64,000 nt of DNA from a virus. Position 1 is the stretch's first letter. Each line of letters opens with the position of its first letter. Where the stretch lies: positions 1 to 64,000 of IMG/VR virus record IMGVR_UViG_3300045974_000429; one strand, 5' to 3'. Below, one piece after another: positions 1 through 7,937 of this stretch. Under the pieces are notes generated by a model, which saw nothing but the letters and a program-made list of their open reading frames with translations, was not told the DNA's origin and ran no database searches. Position numbers and translations under genes: made by a program.

Positions 1-88
1 GGGGCCTATGGTGGCGGTGGTGCTCGGCAACGAACGCCTTCGCGTCCTGAATCGAGCACGGGACCACGGTCAGCCGCTCGTCGCTCAC
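1..88 (-). CDS. XF1762-like phage protein, 5' part (runs off window edge)
   Basis: GTG at 88 after GGAGG; reads VSDERLTVVPCSIQDAKAFVAEHHRHHRP, resembling the FVxxHHRH N-terminus of this family; an in-frame GTG at 241 is an alternative start. Confidence 0.55.
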   Translation of the reverse strand, partial: MSDERLTVVPCSIQDAKAFVAEHHRHHRP

Positions 89-165
89 GCCGCCTCCGTC
101 GCGCGCTTGGCGCTCCTGGCGATCTGCTCGCCGATCCATCTCATCACCGGCACCGCCATGCTGTT
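85..165 (-). pseudogene. Relic C-terminus of a C5-cytosine DNA methyltransferase
   Basis: Reads NSMAVPVMRWIGEQIARSAKRATEAA*, resembling the terminal GNSMAVPVMRWIG motif; no upstream catalytic motifs. Confidence 0.5.
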
Positions 166-237
166 CCGCTCGGCCGTCGCTTCCGAGGTTGCCCAGGTTG
201 AGCCAGTCCCTGGCGCCCGGCTTCTTCTTGGGGGCTT

Positions 238-804
238 TCACGGCTTCCACACCAGCGGACGGCCGATGCCGCCGCCTCCGGCCAGACCGGAGCCCCAGAT
301 GAACACGCCGTATTCACTGGCGTCCGTCCTCCCGTCACCCGTGAAGCTCGGCCTGCCGGCGATGGGGATGAGCCCGACGAGCGGGTGGGCCTCGTAGAGC
401 GGGACGCGCCCGACTCCGGCGGAGAAGGACAGGCGGAGGATGAAGGCCAGGAGCCCGCCGGGCCGGAGGCGCTTGATGGCGGCCTGCACCTCGTCCTCCG
501 CGACGCCGAAGGGTGGGTTCCCGAGGACGAGGTTGAATCCGCCGCGGTAGGAACCCGGCGGCGCGTGACCCTGGAGGTCCTCCGAGCAGACCTCGGCCGC
601 GGTCCAAATGGCGCGAGCCGCCGTCACGAAGGCCCCCGCGCCGGCGTGCGGCTCCAGGATGCGGTCCGGGCGCGCGAGCGCCTGGAAGCCGGGCGAGGCG
701 GCCATCTCCTTCAGGCGCTGGCAGATCGCCATCGCGAGGGCTGGCGGGGTCATGTAGGCGTCGCGGGGGACGCGGGATTCGGGCGGCTTGAGGAGTGGGC
801 GCAT
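238..804 (-). CDS. N6-adenine (amino) DNA methyltransferase
   Basis: DAYMTP, ILEPHAGAGAF (SAM-binding) and GNPPF (catalytic) motifs; ATG at 804 is 6 nt after the 27-bp motif. Confidence 0.85.
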   Translation of the reverse strand: MRPLLKPPESRVPRDAYMTPPALAMAICQRLKEMAASPGFQALARPDRILEPHAGAGAFVTAARAIWTAAEVCSEDLQGHAPPGSYRGGFNLVLGNPPFGVAEDEVQAAIKRLRPGGLLAFILRLSFSAGVGRVPLYEAHPLVGLIPIAGRPSFTGDGRTDASEYGVFIWGSGLAGGGGIGRPLVWKP

Positions 805-810
805 GCCTAG

Positions 811-837
811 ATCCTTGCGCGCCTCGGGCGATTTTAT
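811..837 (-). promoter_or_regulatory. 27-bp phage promoter-like motif, copy 1 (degenerate)
   Basis: Minus strand ATAAAATCGCCCGAGGCGCGCAAGGAT-N6-ATG. Confidence 0.55.
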
Positions 838-1037
838 GCTTCGGCGTGCCGCACGTCTGCACAAGCCAGATCGTGGGCGGCGTGAAGCTGCCGCTCCGCG
901 AGGTCGCGCCGGCCATCCCGGACGGCCTGGGCGGCCCTTCGCAGGCACATCTCGACGCGAGGGTTCGCGGCCTCGGCGGTCGCGAGGAGATCGAGCTGGT
1001 CTGCGAAAAGCTTCTGAAAGCTGATGGCGCTGCCCAC
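834..1037 (-). CDS. Small hypothetical protein (67 aa)
   Basis: GTG at 1037 preceded by GGAGG; helical-looking sequence. Confidence 0.5.
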   Translation of the reverse strand: MGSAISFQKLFADQLDLLATAEAANPRVEMCLRRAAQAVRDGRRDLAERQLHAAHDLACADVRHAEA

Positions 1038-1108
1038 TGGGTGGACCTCCTGGATCCACTGACAAGATGCCAGAGGAGCCAAAGATGTGCAAGCTTGTGC
1101 ATGGCGCG

Positions 1109-1123
1109 CGCACAACTTGTGCG
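1109..1123. promoter_or_regulatory. Palindromic operator-like site CGCACAA-C-TTGTGCG
   Basis: Perfect 7-bp inverted repeat in the gap after terL; extra CTTGTGC half-site at 1094-1100. Confidence 0.4.
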
Positions 1124-1140
1124 TGAAGGAGCGGCGGCGC

Positions 1141-2673
1141 CTATCGCCGGAGGGTCGCGACGCGCATGGGTTCAATCGCCTGCATAGCGCCAGCCCTGGC
1201 GGCCTCGCGAGCGAACCAGCAGGCCATTAACCTGTCGCCGACGTGGGCCTTGGGATCGTAGTGGAGCATCTCGTCGATCCACTTCCCGACCTCCGGGCTC
1301 GTGCGCCCCCCGTCGTTGGGGATGGCCCACTTGCCGCCATACATCTCGGTCGCCAGGGACTCCACGCCGAACTCGGCGTTCTTGTTCGTGCCGGTCGTAA
1401 AGCTGCGGATCGGAATATGTGCCGCGTCGTTCCGCGTGAACTGAACGATAAATTGCTGCGCCGCGTTGCTCTCCACGTAGACGACGGAGTTGTACCTGCG
1501 GTGCGCCTCGCGGATGCGGTTCACAATATCCGGCCCCGACCAACGCCCCGACTCCAAGTCGACGACCTCGCGGGTTCCGGCGGGGAGCACGGAGCCCGAA
1601 GGGTGGACGAGGATCGTGAACAGGGCGGTCAGGTCCGCGCTGGCCTTCTGAGAGACGGCGAGATCCACGCCCGTGTAGGTCTTGTAGCCGGGCAGGAGCT
1701 GCGGGAGGCCGAGCGGCATCATGCGCCGCCCCTCTCCGAGCTTCAGGGCGCGCTCGATGTACTCGCGCTTGAAGCGGGCCGCGTCGTCGTCCCGCGCGAT
1801 GCAGAGCATCTGCCGGGCAAACTCCAGGGGGGAGCTTTCCGCGCGGCGGCGCGCGACGCGCTCCAGGGGCCACCGCTCCGGCCAGTGGCTCTGCCCGTAG
1901 GTGAGGCTCGCCGGGTCGTCATCGATGACCGGGAATCGAACGGCTGCTCCGGGGTCGTGCGCGCTCCATCTCTTGGCCAGGACGTGGAGGAGATCCTCCG
2001 GGTGCCACGCCGTCCCGATGCAGAGCACGCGCGCCCTGTGTGTGAGGCGGCCGAGGAAGGTGGCGTCGTACCAATTCACGAGCCCCTCTCGCTGCGCAGG
2101 CGTCAGGGTATTTTCGTAGTCGAGCACGTCGTCCAGGATGAGCCGGTCGAGGCGAGCGCCGAGGACGTTGCCGTGGACGCCCAGCGCCTGGATGGAAGGG
2201 TCTTTCGCCACTGTGCTCCGCTTGACCGTGATCGCCGAGGCCGTCCAGGGCAGCGCGGGCTTCAGGTCGGGGAATACCTTGTGGAGCTTCTCCGACTTCT
2301 GAATATACGCGGAAATGATCCTCAATATCTTCTGCGCCTGTCCGGCCGTGTTCGAGCAAATCGCGAAACGGAGTTCGGGATTTCTGCCCAGCTCCCATAT
2401 GGTCCGAGCCACCGCAGCCTGCGAGGTTTTGGCCGCCTCCACGTGCGCCCATATCAGGAGCCGGTCGTGCCTGTCGGCAAGCTCATGCCAGCGTTTATGC
2501 GGCCAGCTCTGCATGATGCCGTGCCCTGTGGACTCGTCCTGGAGAACGTACTCGCAGAATGAATTAATATCCCTGCGAGCCATTTCCACGCGGAGGCCGT
2601 CGAGGGCTCGCAGGCGCGCCGCGATTTCCGCGTGGGGAAGCGGCGCGGGCATTTCCTGCACAAGTTGACTCAC
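1141..2673 (-). CDS. terL: Terminase large subunit
   Basis: Walker A-like AHVEAAKT, Walker B LILDDVLD, coupling motif IGTAWH, RNase H-like GVDLA...D and C-terminal GDRLMA. Confidence 0.9.
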   Translation of the reverse strand: MSQLVQEMPAPLPHAEIAARLRALDGLRVEMARRDINSFCEYVLQDESTGHGIMQSWPHKRWHELADRHDRLLIWAHVEAAKTSQAAVARTIWELGRNPELRFAICSNTAGQAQKILRIISAYIQKSEKLHKVFPDLKPALPWTASAITVKRSTVAKDPSIQALGVHGNVLGARLDRLILDDVLDYENTLTPAQREGLVNWYDATFLGRLTHRARVLCIGTAWHPEDLLHVLAKRWSAHDPGAAVRFPVIDDDPASLTYGQSHWPERWPLERVARRRAESSPLEFARQMLCIARDDDAARFKREYIERALKLGEGRRMMPLGLPQLLPGYKTYTGVDLAVSQKASADLTALFTILVHPSGSVLPAGTREVVDLESGRWSGPDIVNRIREAHRRYNSVVYVESNAAQQFIVQFTRNDAAHIPIRSFTTGTNKNAEFGVESLATEMYGGKWAIPNDGGRTSPEVGKWIDEMLHYDPKAHVGDRLMACWFAREAARAGAMQAIEPMRVATLRR

Positions 2674-3101
2674 GGCTCCTCGACGAGCAGCCAGATTTTA
2701 CCGCCTCGGCGGAGAAGGTCGAACGCCTGCCCCACCATTTCCGGGTCGAAGAGAGCGGGCCGCAGGTCCACATGAAGCTGGGTGGGCTGTGGACCCGTGT
2801 TGGTGCTCCCGGCCGCGTAGCCCTTCACCCCGATCTCGCCGGGAATGAATGCGCCGAGCGCCCGGCACCCATTTAATTTCGCCCAGCCGGCGAGCGCCTC
2901 CGAAGCCTCGTCGGCAGACGCTTGGTCCACTCGGCCGCCTGGGAATATCGGCGTGACGGGCGCAGGCGGACTCTGAATGACGGTGGCGCCCTTCGGATAC
3001 CCGAACCCGACACCCCCTGGAGTATTCGGCCAAAGCTGAACCGAGGTCGCCAACGGGGGCGGAACCTGCGTCGTGCCGCCGCCCCAAATATTCTGAGCCA
3101 T
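2670..3101 (-). CDS. Hypothetical protein between terS and terL
   Basis: ATG at 3101 after GGGAG; stop overlaps the terL start (GTGA). Confidence 0.65.
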   Translation of the reverse strand: MAQNIWGGGTTQVPPPLATSVQLWPNTPGGVGFGYPKGATVIQSPPAPVTPIFPGGRVDQASADEASEALAGWAKLNGCRALGAFIPGEIGVKGYAAGSTNTGPQPTQLHVDLRPALFDPEMVGQAFDLLRRGGKIWLLVEEP

Positions 3102-3113
3102 TTTCACTCCCGG

Positions 3114-3812
3114 CTAATTCTGCATTTCCTGGGGCGGGCTGGAGATATTCTGGCCGGGGGCGAGCCCCAATTCCTTCGCGCGGTCGAGCGCGTTGGCGGC
3201 GGCCTTCAATTCCCGCTCCATGTCCGCGAGGGTGAGCGCGTCGTCGTTGGAGAGGCCGGCGATGGCGATGACGTCGGAGGGCTGCCCGAGGCGACGGCGC
3301 TCCATGACCTGGGCCATTTCCGCGATGCTCGCGACACGGGCGGCGGAAGTGATGAACCGCTGGAGGACGAGCATCGCGGCGGTGGGGTCGCCCTTGAGCC
3401 TGCCGGCCTTGACGTCCTCCACGATTTGTTTGCCCAGCTCCTGGGCAGCGGGGAAGACCAGGGCGATGACGCCGAGGGAGGCGGAGGCGGCCTGCCGCAC
3501 GTTCCTGACGAGCTTGGCCTCTTCCGCGAGCTGCGTGGAGGCGTCCTCCACGACGGCTTTCGTGCGGGTCATCTCCTGCTGCGCGTAGGCGAGCTTCTCT
3601 CTGGCGCGCTGCTGCTCTCCCTCCAGGGTGGTCTTGATGGGGACGGCCCACGGGGTCGTGGCCTGGGTCCAGCCGGCGAGCCACGCCTTCTTCGCCGTGC
3701 GCTGGTCGCAGCCCGAGACTTGTGCTGCGTGGCGGTAGTTGCCCGGCTTGTTCTTGAAGGCTTCCATCAGCCGATCGTACAGATCCTGCGTGATTTTCTT
3801 ACGGTTTGGCAT
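3114..3812 (-). CDS. Putative terminase small subunit
   Basis: N-terminal HTH-like segment (YRHAAQVSGCDQRTAKKAW), helical body, upstream of terL. Confidence 0.6.
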   Translation of the reverse strand: MPNRKKITQDLYDRLMEAFKNKPGNYRHAAQVSGCDQRTAKKAWLAGWTQATTPWAVPIKTTLEGEQQRAREKLAYAQQEMTRTKAVVEDASTQLAEEAKLVRNVRQAASASLGVIALVFPAAQELGKQIVEDVKAGRLKGDPTAAMLVLQRFITSAARVASIAEMAQVMERRRLGQPSDVIAIAGLSNDDALTLADMERELKAAANALDRAKELGLAPGQNISSPPQEMQN

Positions 3813-3885
3813 GGTCGGCGGATGATGCCACACTTGTGCTCCGCCTGACAAGCCTTATGCAGCGCCCAAAAAAACTTGTGTCAGC

Positions 3886-4197
3886 TTAGGTCGGGATCCT
3901 GCGGAAGACGTAGAAGCGAGTGAGCGTCCTGGGTTGGCTGCCCGGAGGGCTTTCAGGTCTGGTGACGCGGACGCAGCGAAAGAGGCCCTTCACGGGTCGC
4001 GTGGGCTCGGAGGAATCTATCTCCCGGAGGAACCTGCGGCGCCAGACGAAGGCTGGGACGCTCGCCGGCTCCAGGCGGCGCTCCGCGAGTCTGCCGGACT
4101 CCGTCCGCCACCTGATGCGGTTCGCCAGCGTCAATGCCGCCTTCACGGCGTTCACGGCTTCCCGAAGGGTTGGCTTCCAGGTTTCTTGCCTGGGCAC
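3886..4197 (-). CDS. Small Arg-rich protein, LRxxVxAxKA array member 6
   Basis: TLREAVNAVKA near N-terminus, GLFR, C-terminal FYVFRR; AGGAGG RBS. Confidence 0.7.
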   Translation of the reverse strand: MPRQETWKPTLREAVNAVKAALTLANRIRWRTESGRLAERRLEPASVPAFVWRRRFLREIDSSEPTRPVKGLFRCVRVTRPESPPGSQPRTLTRFYVFRRIPT

Positions 4198-4198
4198 G

Positions 4199-4504
4199 CT
4201 AGTCCCTCCTGAATCGGTAGACCGTCAGGCGGTGCCGGAACAGCTTGTCTTTGGCCCTGTCGCCGCTCCACTTGCGCCGGTGGGTGGCGCCGCCCTTGAA
4301 GATGCCCTTGAGCAGCCCCAAAAGCGATCCCGTCTTCGGATCTCGTCGGAGGAACATGGGCCGGAGGCGCCAGGGGCGCCGCAAATCGGTGGAGCAGTAG
4401 GTGCGCCACAACCTCCCATCCACCCCGAGGGTGGCGGGTGCGCTCGCGGTCATCATGTTCATCAAAGCCTTCACGGCGTTCACGTCTTCCCTCAAACTCG
4501 ACAC
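4199..4504 (-). CDS. Small Arg-rich protein, array member 5
   Basis: GTG at 4504 after AAGGAGG; SLREDVNAVKA, RLRPMFLR, VYRFRR. Confidence 0.7.
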   Translation of the reverse strand: MSSLREDVNAVKALMNMMTASAPATLGVDGRLWRTYCSTDLRRPWRLRPMFLRRDPKTGSLLGLLKGIFKGGATHRRKWSGDRAKDKLFRHRLTVYRFRRD

Positions 4505-4794
4505 GAGAGCCTCCTTCGCAGGATGTTCCGGCTGCTGGCGCGGCAGAAGCGTCCCGGGAAGGGGAGGCTCTCGCCCCAATCTCCCCAGGCGCGGACGTAG
4601 GATTCGGGCTCCTCGAATCGGAGGAGCCACTCCCAGGTGTCGCGCTTATGCTTGCGGGGGCGGAAATTCGCCGGCGCGTTGGACAGGAAGGCGCGCATCC
4701 CGAGGGCGTGAGCCAGCTCCGGGCCGGATGGATTTCCCAGGAGCTTCACGAGAGCCTTGGCGGCGTCCACGTCTCGGCGGAGGGAGCGCCTCAC
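4492..4794 (-). CDS. Small Arg-rich protein, array member 4
   Basis: GTG at 4794 overlaps the upstream TGA; SLRRDVDAAKA. Confidence 0.7.
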   Translation of the reverse strand: MRRSLRRDVDAAKALVKLLGNPSGPELAHALGMRAFLSNAPANFRPRKHKRDTWEWLLRFEEPESYVRAWGDWGESLPFPGRFCRASSRNILRRRLSCRV

Positions 4795-5201
4795 GGGGTC
4801 TCCTTCAGGCCGGGCAGCAGCCGGTAGGCTTGCCGGATCCGCTTCCTGGGCTTCCTGACCGGGTCGTCCAAATCGAAGACGCGCGTGAGGCAGCAGAGGT
4901 GCTCCGCGCACCGGGTCGGCAGATGGTGGCGCCCGAGAGACGGGTTCTTGGAGTCCCAGGCGCGGGTGTGCCTCCTCCGGCAACGCTCCGGGACTTGGTG
5001 AAAGAACTCGTCCAGGATAACCTCCACGTCGAAACGCTCGGGTCCGGCCTTCCTGACGCACTGCGGCGCGAGGCGCTCCCTGAAATGCTCCTCCGGCGTG
5101 CGCAGCCCGACGAAATTGTCGTTGGGGTATCTGGAATATAGCCTGACGCCGCGCAGCTTGGCCGTTGCCTTGATGGCGTCTATGAGCTGGCGGAGTTTCA
5201 C
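4791..5201 (-). CDS. Small Arg-rich protein, array member 3
   Basis: GTGA overlap; KLRQLIDAIKA. Confidence 0.7.
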   Translation of the reverse strand: MKLRQLIDAIKATAKLRGVRLYSRYPNDNFVGLRTPEEHFRERLAPQCVRKAGPERFDVEVILDEFFHQVPERCRRRHTRAWDSKNPSLGRHHLPTRCAEHLCCLTRVFDLDDPVRKPRKRIRQAYRLLPGLKETP

Positions 5202-5521
5202 CTCACCCTCCTGAACCTGTAGACGACGTCTCGGAGCCCGCGGTGGGAGATGCCGGCGTTCCTGAACAGCCCACTGCGGACTCCCTGCGCGGCGACGGAG
5301 CGCAAAAACATGGGGCCGAGCCTGCAGCTTATCTCCCCAGGAAGGCGCCTGACCGAAACGAGCCTGCGCCCCTCCACCTTCACGAGCCCGGAGACGACCA
5401 GGGCGGTGAATACCGCATCCACGTCCCGGCGGAGAGAGGGCCTATCGCTTTTGATTGCAGAAACCTGATGCCGCTCGGGATTTTCTGGAGGCGCCCCTGT
5501 CGGTTTTGATTTCCGGCTCAC
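5198..5521 (-). CDS. Small Arg-rich protein, array member 2 (5' end carries iteron copies)
   Basis: GTGA overlap; SLRRDVDAVFTA, RLGPMFLR, GLFR, VYRFRR. Confidence 0.7.
   Translation of the reverse strand: MSRKSKPTGAPPENPERHQVSAIKSDRPSLRRDVDAVFTALVVSGLVKVEGRRLVSVRRLPGEISCRLGPMFLRSVAAQGVRSGLFRNAGISHRGLRDVVYRFRRVR
5441..5514. repeat. Two distant copies of the origin iteron
   Basis: 5441-5461 is identical to 25973-25993 (21 bp); 5496-5514 matches 26174-26192 at 18/19. Confidence 0.85.
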
Positions 5522-5769
5522 TTGGTCCTCCAGATCAATTTCGGGCCGCGCCGGTAGGTTTCCACGTACCCCTGCCTAGAGAAGAATTGCCGCGTGAACC
5601 GGCAATTATCGTGCGCCCTGAGAAATCCGGGCCGGAGGCGGAGACCGATCTTGGCGCCGTTGAAATTGTGCTTCTGCGTCGCCCGGTAGAAGGCGATGCT
5701 CTCCTGGATGGGCAGGAGAGCGATGGCGGCCTTGATGGCGTCCACCGTCTCCCGCAGGCTGCGCCTCAC
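5518..5769 (-). CDS. Small Arg-rich protein, array member 1
   Basis: GTGA overlap; SLRETVDAIKA, RLRPGFLR. Confidence 0.7.
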   Translation of the reverse strand: MRRSLRETVDAIKAAIALLPIQESIAFYRATQKHNFNGAKIGLRLRPGFLRAHDNCRFTRQFFSRQGYVETYRRGPKLIWRTK

Positions 5770-6113
5770 GGCCAGCCTCCCGAGCGCTTCGAGGCCGTCT
5801 CCCGGTCCGGGATGAGGGCGGCGCGCAAGACCTCCACCTGATCGCCTCCCAGGCGCGCGACCGCCGAGGCCGCGAGCAGCACCTCGTCAGGGAGCAGCGG
5901 TTCGCCGCATCGGTAGCACTCCGGCCCGGCCGAGATGAAGACGTCCAAGGCGGCGTAGGTGCCGCACTCGCAGACGAGGATGATGGGAGACACGAGTCCG
6001 ACGCCCGGAGCCGCGCGACCCTGCGGGCGCTGCCAGGAGCGACGTGGGCCGCCCCCCTTCGCGGCGGCGGGCTTCCCGTCGAGCGTCCTGATGTAGAAGA
6101 ACTTGGCGGCCAC
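5766..6113 (-). CDS. Zinc-ribbon protein
   Basis: CECG...CYRCG; GTG at 6113 is 6 nt after the 27-bp motif. Confidence 0.6.
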   Translation of the reverse strand: MAAKFFYIRTLDGKPAAAKGGGPRRSWQRPQGRAAPGVGLVSPIILVCECGTYAALDVFISAGPECYRCGEPLLPDEVLLAASAVARLGGDQVEVLRAALIPDRETASKRSGGWP

Positions 6114-6119
6114 GATCCA

Positions 6120-6146
6120 ATCTTTGCGCGGCCGCGCGGGAATTAC
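6120..6146 (-). promoter_or_regulatory. 27-bp phage promoter-like motif, copy 2
   Basis: Minus strand GTAATTCCCGCGCGGCCGCGCAAAGAT-N6-GTG. Confidence 0.6.
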
Positions 6147-6844
6147 TCCAGGCCCCAGAGCTTGTGGAGCTGCGCTCCCAGGCGCCACCTGGGGTGCGCC
6201 TGCACGAACTCCAGGCAACGGGCGAGCGCGGCCGAGTAGGCGGGCAGGGACGCCTCGCCTGGGGCACGGAGGTGGGTCGCCTCAAGCACCTGCGAGGTGA
6301 GCGGGTCGCGGGGCTGAACGAAGTAGTGCGCGGCCGGGAGGGCCACCTCCAGGGCCAGGAGCGCCTCGTCCGCCCAGTCATCCGCGCCGACGACCACCTT
6401 GACCTCCTCGCAAGCGCGAACCACCAAGGGAGGCGCTGCGAGCTTCGGGCTGACGGTCAGGTGATCGACGTAGGCCGGGAGCGGGCGGGTGCCGTTCGTC
6501 TCGACGGCGATCCGCCACCCGTTCCCGTGGAGCGCCTCGACGAGCTGCGCATCCACCTGGAGCAGCGGCTCGCCTCCCGTCAGGACGCACCAGCGGTCTT
6601 CTCCCGAAGCCTCCGGCCAGCGAACCTCCAACTTCGCCAGAATGTCCGCCACGGAGAGCTTGTCGCCGCCCAGAAAATCCGTGTCGCACCAGTGAGCGCA
6701 GGCCCCGGAGCCCTTTTCGCGGTCTTCGGGGCGCCCGCTCCAGAGGTTGCATCCAGAAAATCTGAGGAACACCGATTTCGCTCCCGCGCGAGAACCCTCG
6801 CCCTGGAGCGTGCAGAACACCGACTTGACGAGGTAGGTTTTCAC
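6143..6844 (-). CDS. queE: 7-carboxy-7-deazaguanine synthase (radical SAM)
   Basis: F.TLQGEG..AG...VFLRFSGCNLW, extended CX16CX3C cluster motif, LTGGEPLLQ, ETNGT, VSPK, QLHK. Confidence 0.93.
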   Translation of the reverse strand: MKTYLVKSVFCTLQGEGSRAGAKSVFLRFSGCNLWSGRPEDREKGSGACAHWCDTDFLGGDKLSVADILAKLEVRWPEASGEDRWCVLTGGEPLLQVDAQLVEALHGNGWRIAVETNGTRPLPAYVDHLTVSPKLAAPPLVVRACEEVKVVVGADDWADEALLALEVALPAAHYFVQPRDPLTSQVLEATHLRAPGEASLPAYSAALARCLEFVQAHPRWRLGAQLHKLWGLE

Positions 6845-7206
6845 GGCCGGTACTCGCAGCGGCTCGTGCAAGTTTCCTCGATGGCGACCGAGGCGAGGCA
6901 GGGGAGCGCGGGCGCGAGCTGATCGAAGATCCAGCGCGCAAGTTCCTCACTCGTGGGGTTCTCCAAGCCGGTCGTCTCGTTGAGGTGCCAGTGGTCGAGC
7001 TTGGCGTCCACGAGGGGCTGGAGAGCGGCCTTCATCTCGCCGTAGTCCAGGAGCATCCCTGCGCGAGGACCGGAGGTGGCGAGGCCCGAGCCTTCAACCG
7101 CGACCTCCCCCACCCAGGAGTGCCCGTGGAGCCTCGCGCACTTGCCGCCCTGGTGCGGGAGCCTGTGAGACGCTTCGAACCGGAACTTCTTCGTGAGCTT
7201 GAACAT
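6841..7206 (-). CDS. queD: 6-carboxy-5,6,7,8-tetrahydropterin synthase
   Basis: FRFEASHRLP...KCARLHGHSW, LDHWHLN, ENPTSEELA, IEET. Confidence 0.95.
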   Translation of the reverse strand: MFKLTKKFRFEASHRLPHQGGKCARLHGHSWVGEVAVEGSGLATSGPRAGMLLDYGEMKAALQPLVDAKLDHWHLNETTGLENPTSEELARWIFDQLAPALPCLASVAIEETCTSRCEYRP

Positions 7207-7937
7207 CACGCCTCCTGGACCTTGGGAGACTTCTTGGAGCCCTTCTTCTTGGGGGGCTCCTGGGGCAGCGGAACCAGCTTGGAGACAGCCGCAGCCTCGC
7301 AGAGCGCGACGAAGGCGCCGGCCGCGTTGCCTGGGCCGGTCATGCCGAACACCGCCAGGACGGCCTTGCAGGCGTCGGCCTGCGGGTCCGTCTCGACCTT
7401 GAAGACGAAGCGGCGCTCCTGGGCGGCGAGCCCCTCCGCCACGGCCGCCTCGTCGTTCTCGGTGGGAAGCGCGGCGGTGGCAGCGACCTCGGCCATCATG
7501 GAGGTGATGTCCTCGACCTCCGGCATCGTGAAGCCGGACAGCTCGATGTCGAGATCGGGAACCTGGGACAACCCGGAGAGCAGCTCGCCGAGCTTGTCGT
7601 AGTCCCACTCGCCGGAGATTTTATTGAGAGCGAGGTTCAGGAGGCGCGCTCGCTCGTCCGAGATGCCCGAGAGGAGCACGACCGGCACCTCGTAGGAGGT
7701 GATCTCCTTCGGAGACTTGCCTCCCTCCGCGAGCAACTCCCGGAGGGCCGCGAGGCGCTGGTGGCCGCCGATGAGGAGGCCGTCGTCCTCGCGCGCGACC
7801 GCGGGCTGAACGAACCCGAACTCCTTCAGGCTGTTCTTGAGCTTCTCCATCTCGTCGCCGCTGATCTGGCGCGGGTTGAGCGGGTCCGCTTGAAGGAACC
7901 CGAGGGGGCGGCTCTGCGGCTGCGGGAGATGAATCAC
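7206..7937 (-). CDS. ParB/Srx N-terminal domain protein within the modification cluster
   Basis: NPRQI...LKNSLKEFGFVQP...LIGGHQRL...LNLALNKISGEWD; GTG at 7937 overlaps the dpdA stop. Confidence 0.85.
   Translation of the reverse strand: MIHLPQPQSRPLGFLQADPLNPRQISGDEMEKLKNSLKEFGFVQPAVAREDDGLLIGGHQRLAALRELLAEGGKSPKEITSYEVPVVLLSGISDERARLLNLALNKISGEWDYDKLGELLSGLSQVPDLDIELSGFTMPEVEDITSMMAEVAATAALPTENDEAAVAEGLAAQERRFVFKVETDPQADACKAVLAVFGMTGPGNAAGAFVALCEAAAVSKLVPLPQEPPKKKGSKKSPKVQEA

Noticed and set aside
3886-5769. Paralogue array as a diversity-generating retroelement target or RiPP precursors
   Set aside because: No reverse transcriptase, no near-identical template/variable repeat pair and no maturation enzymes in the window.
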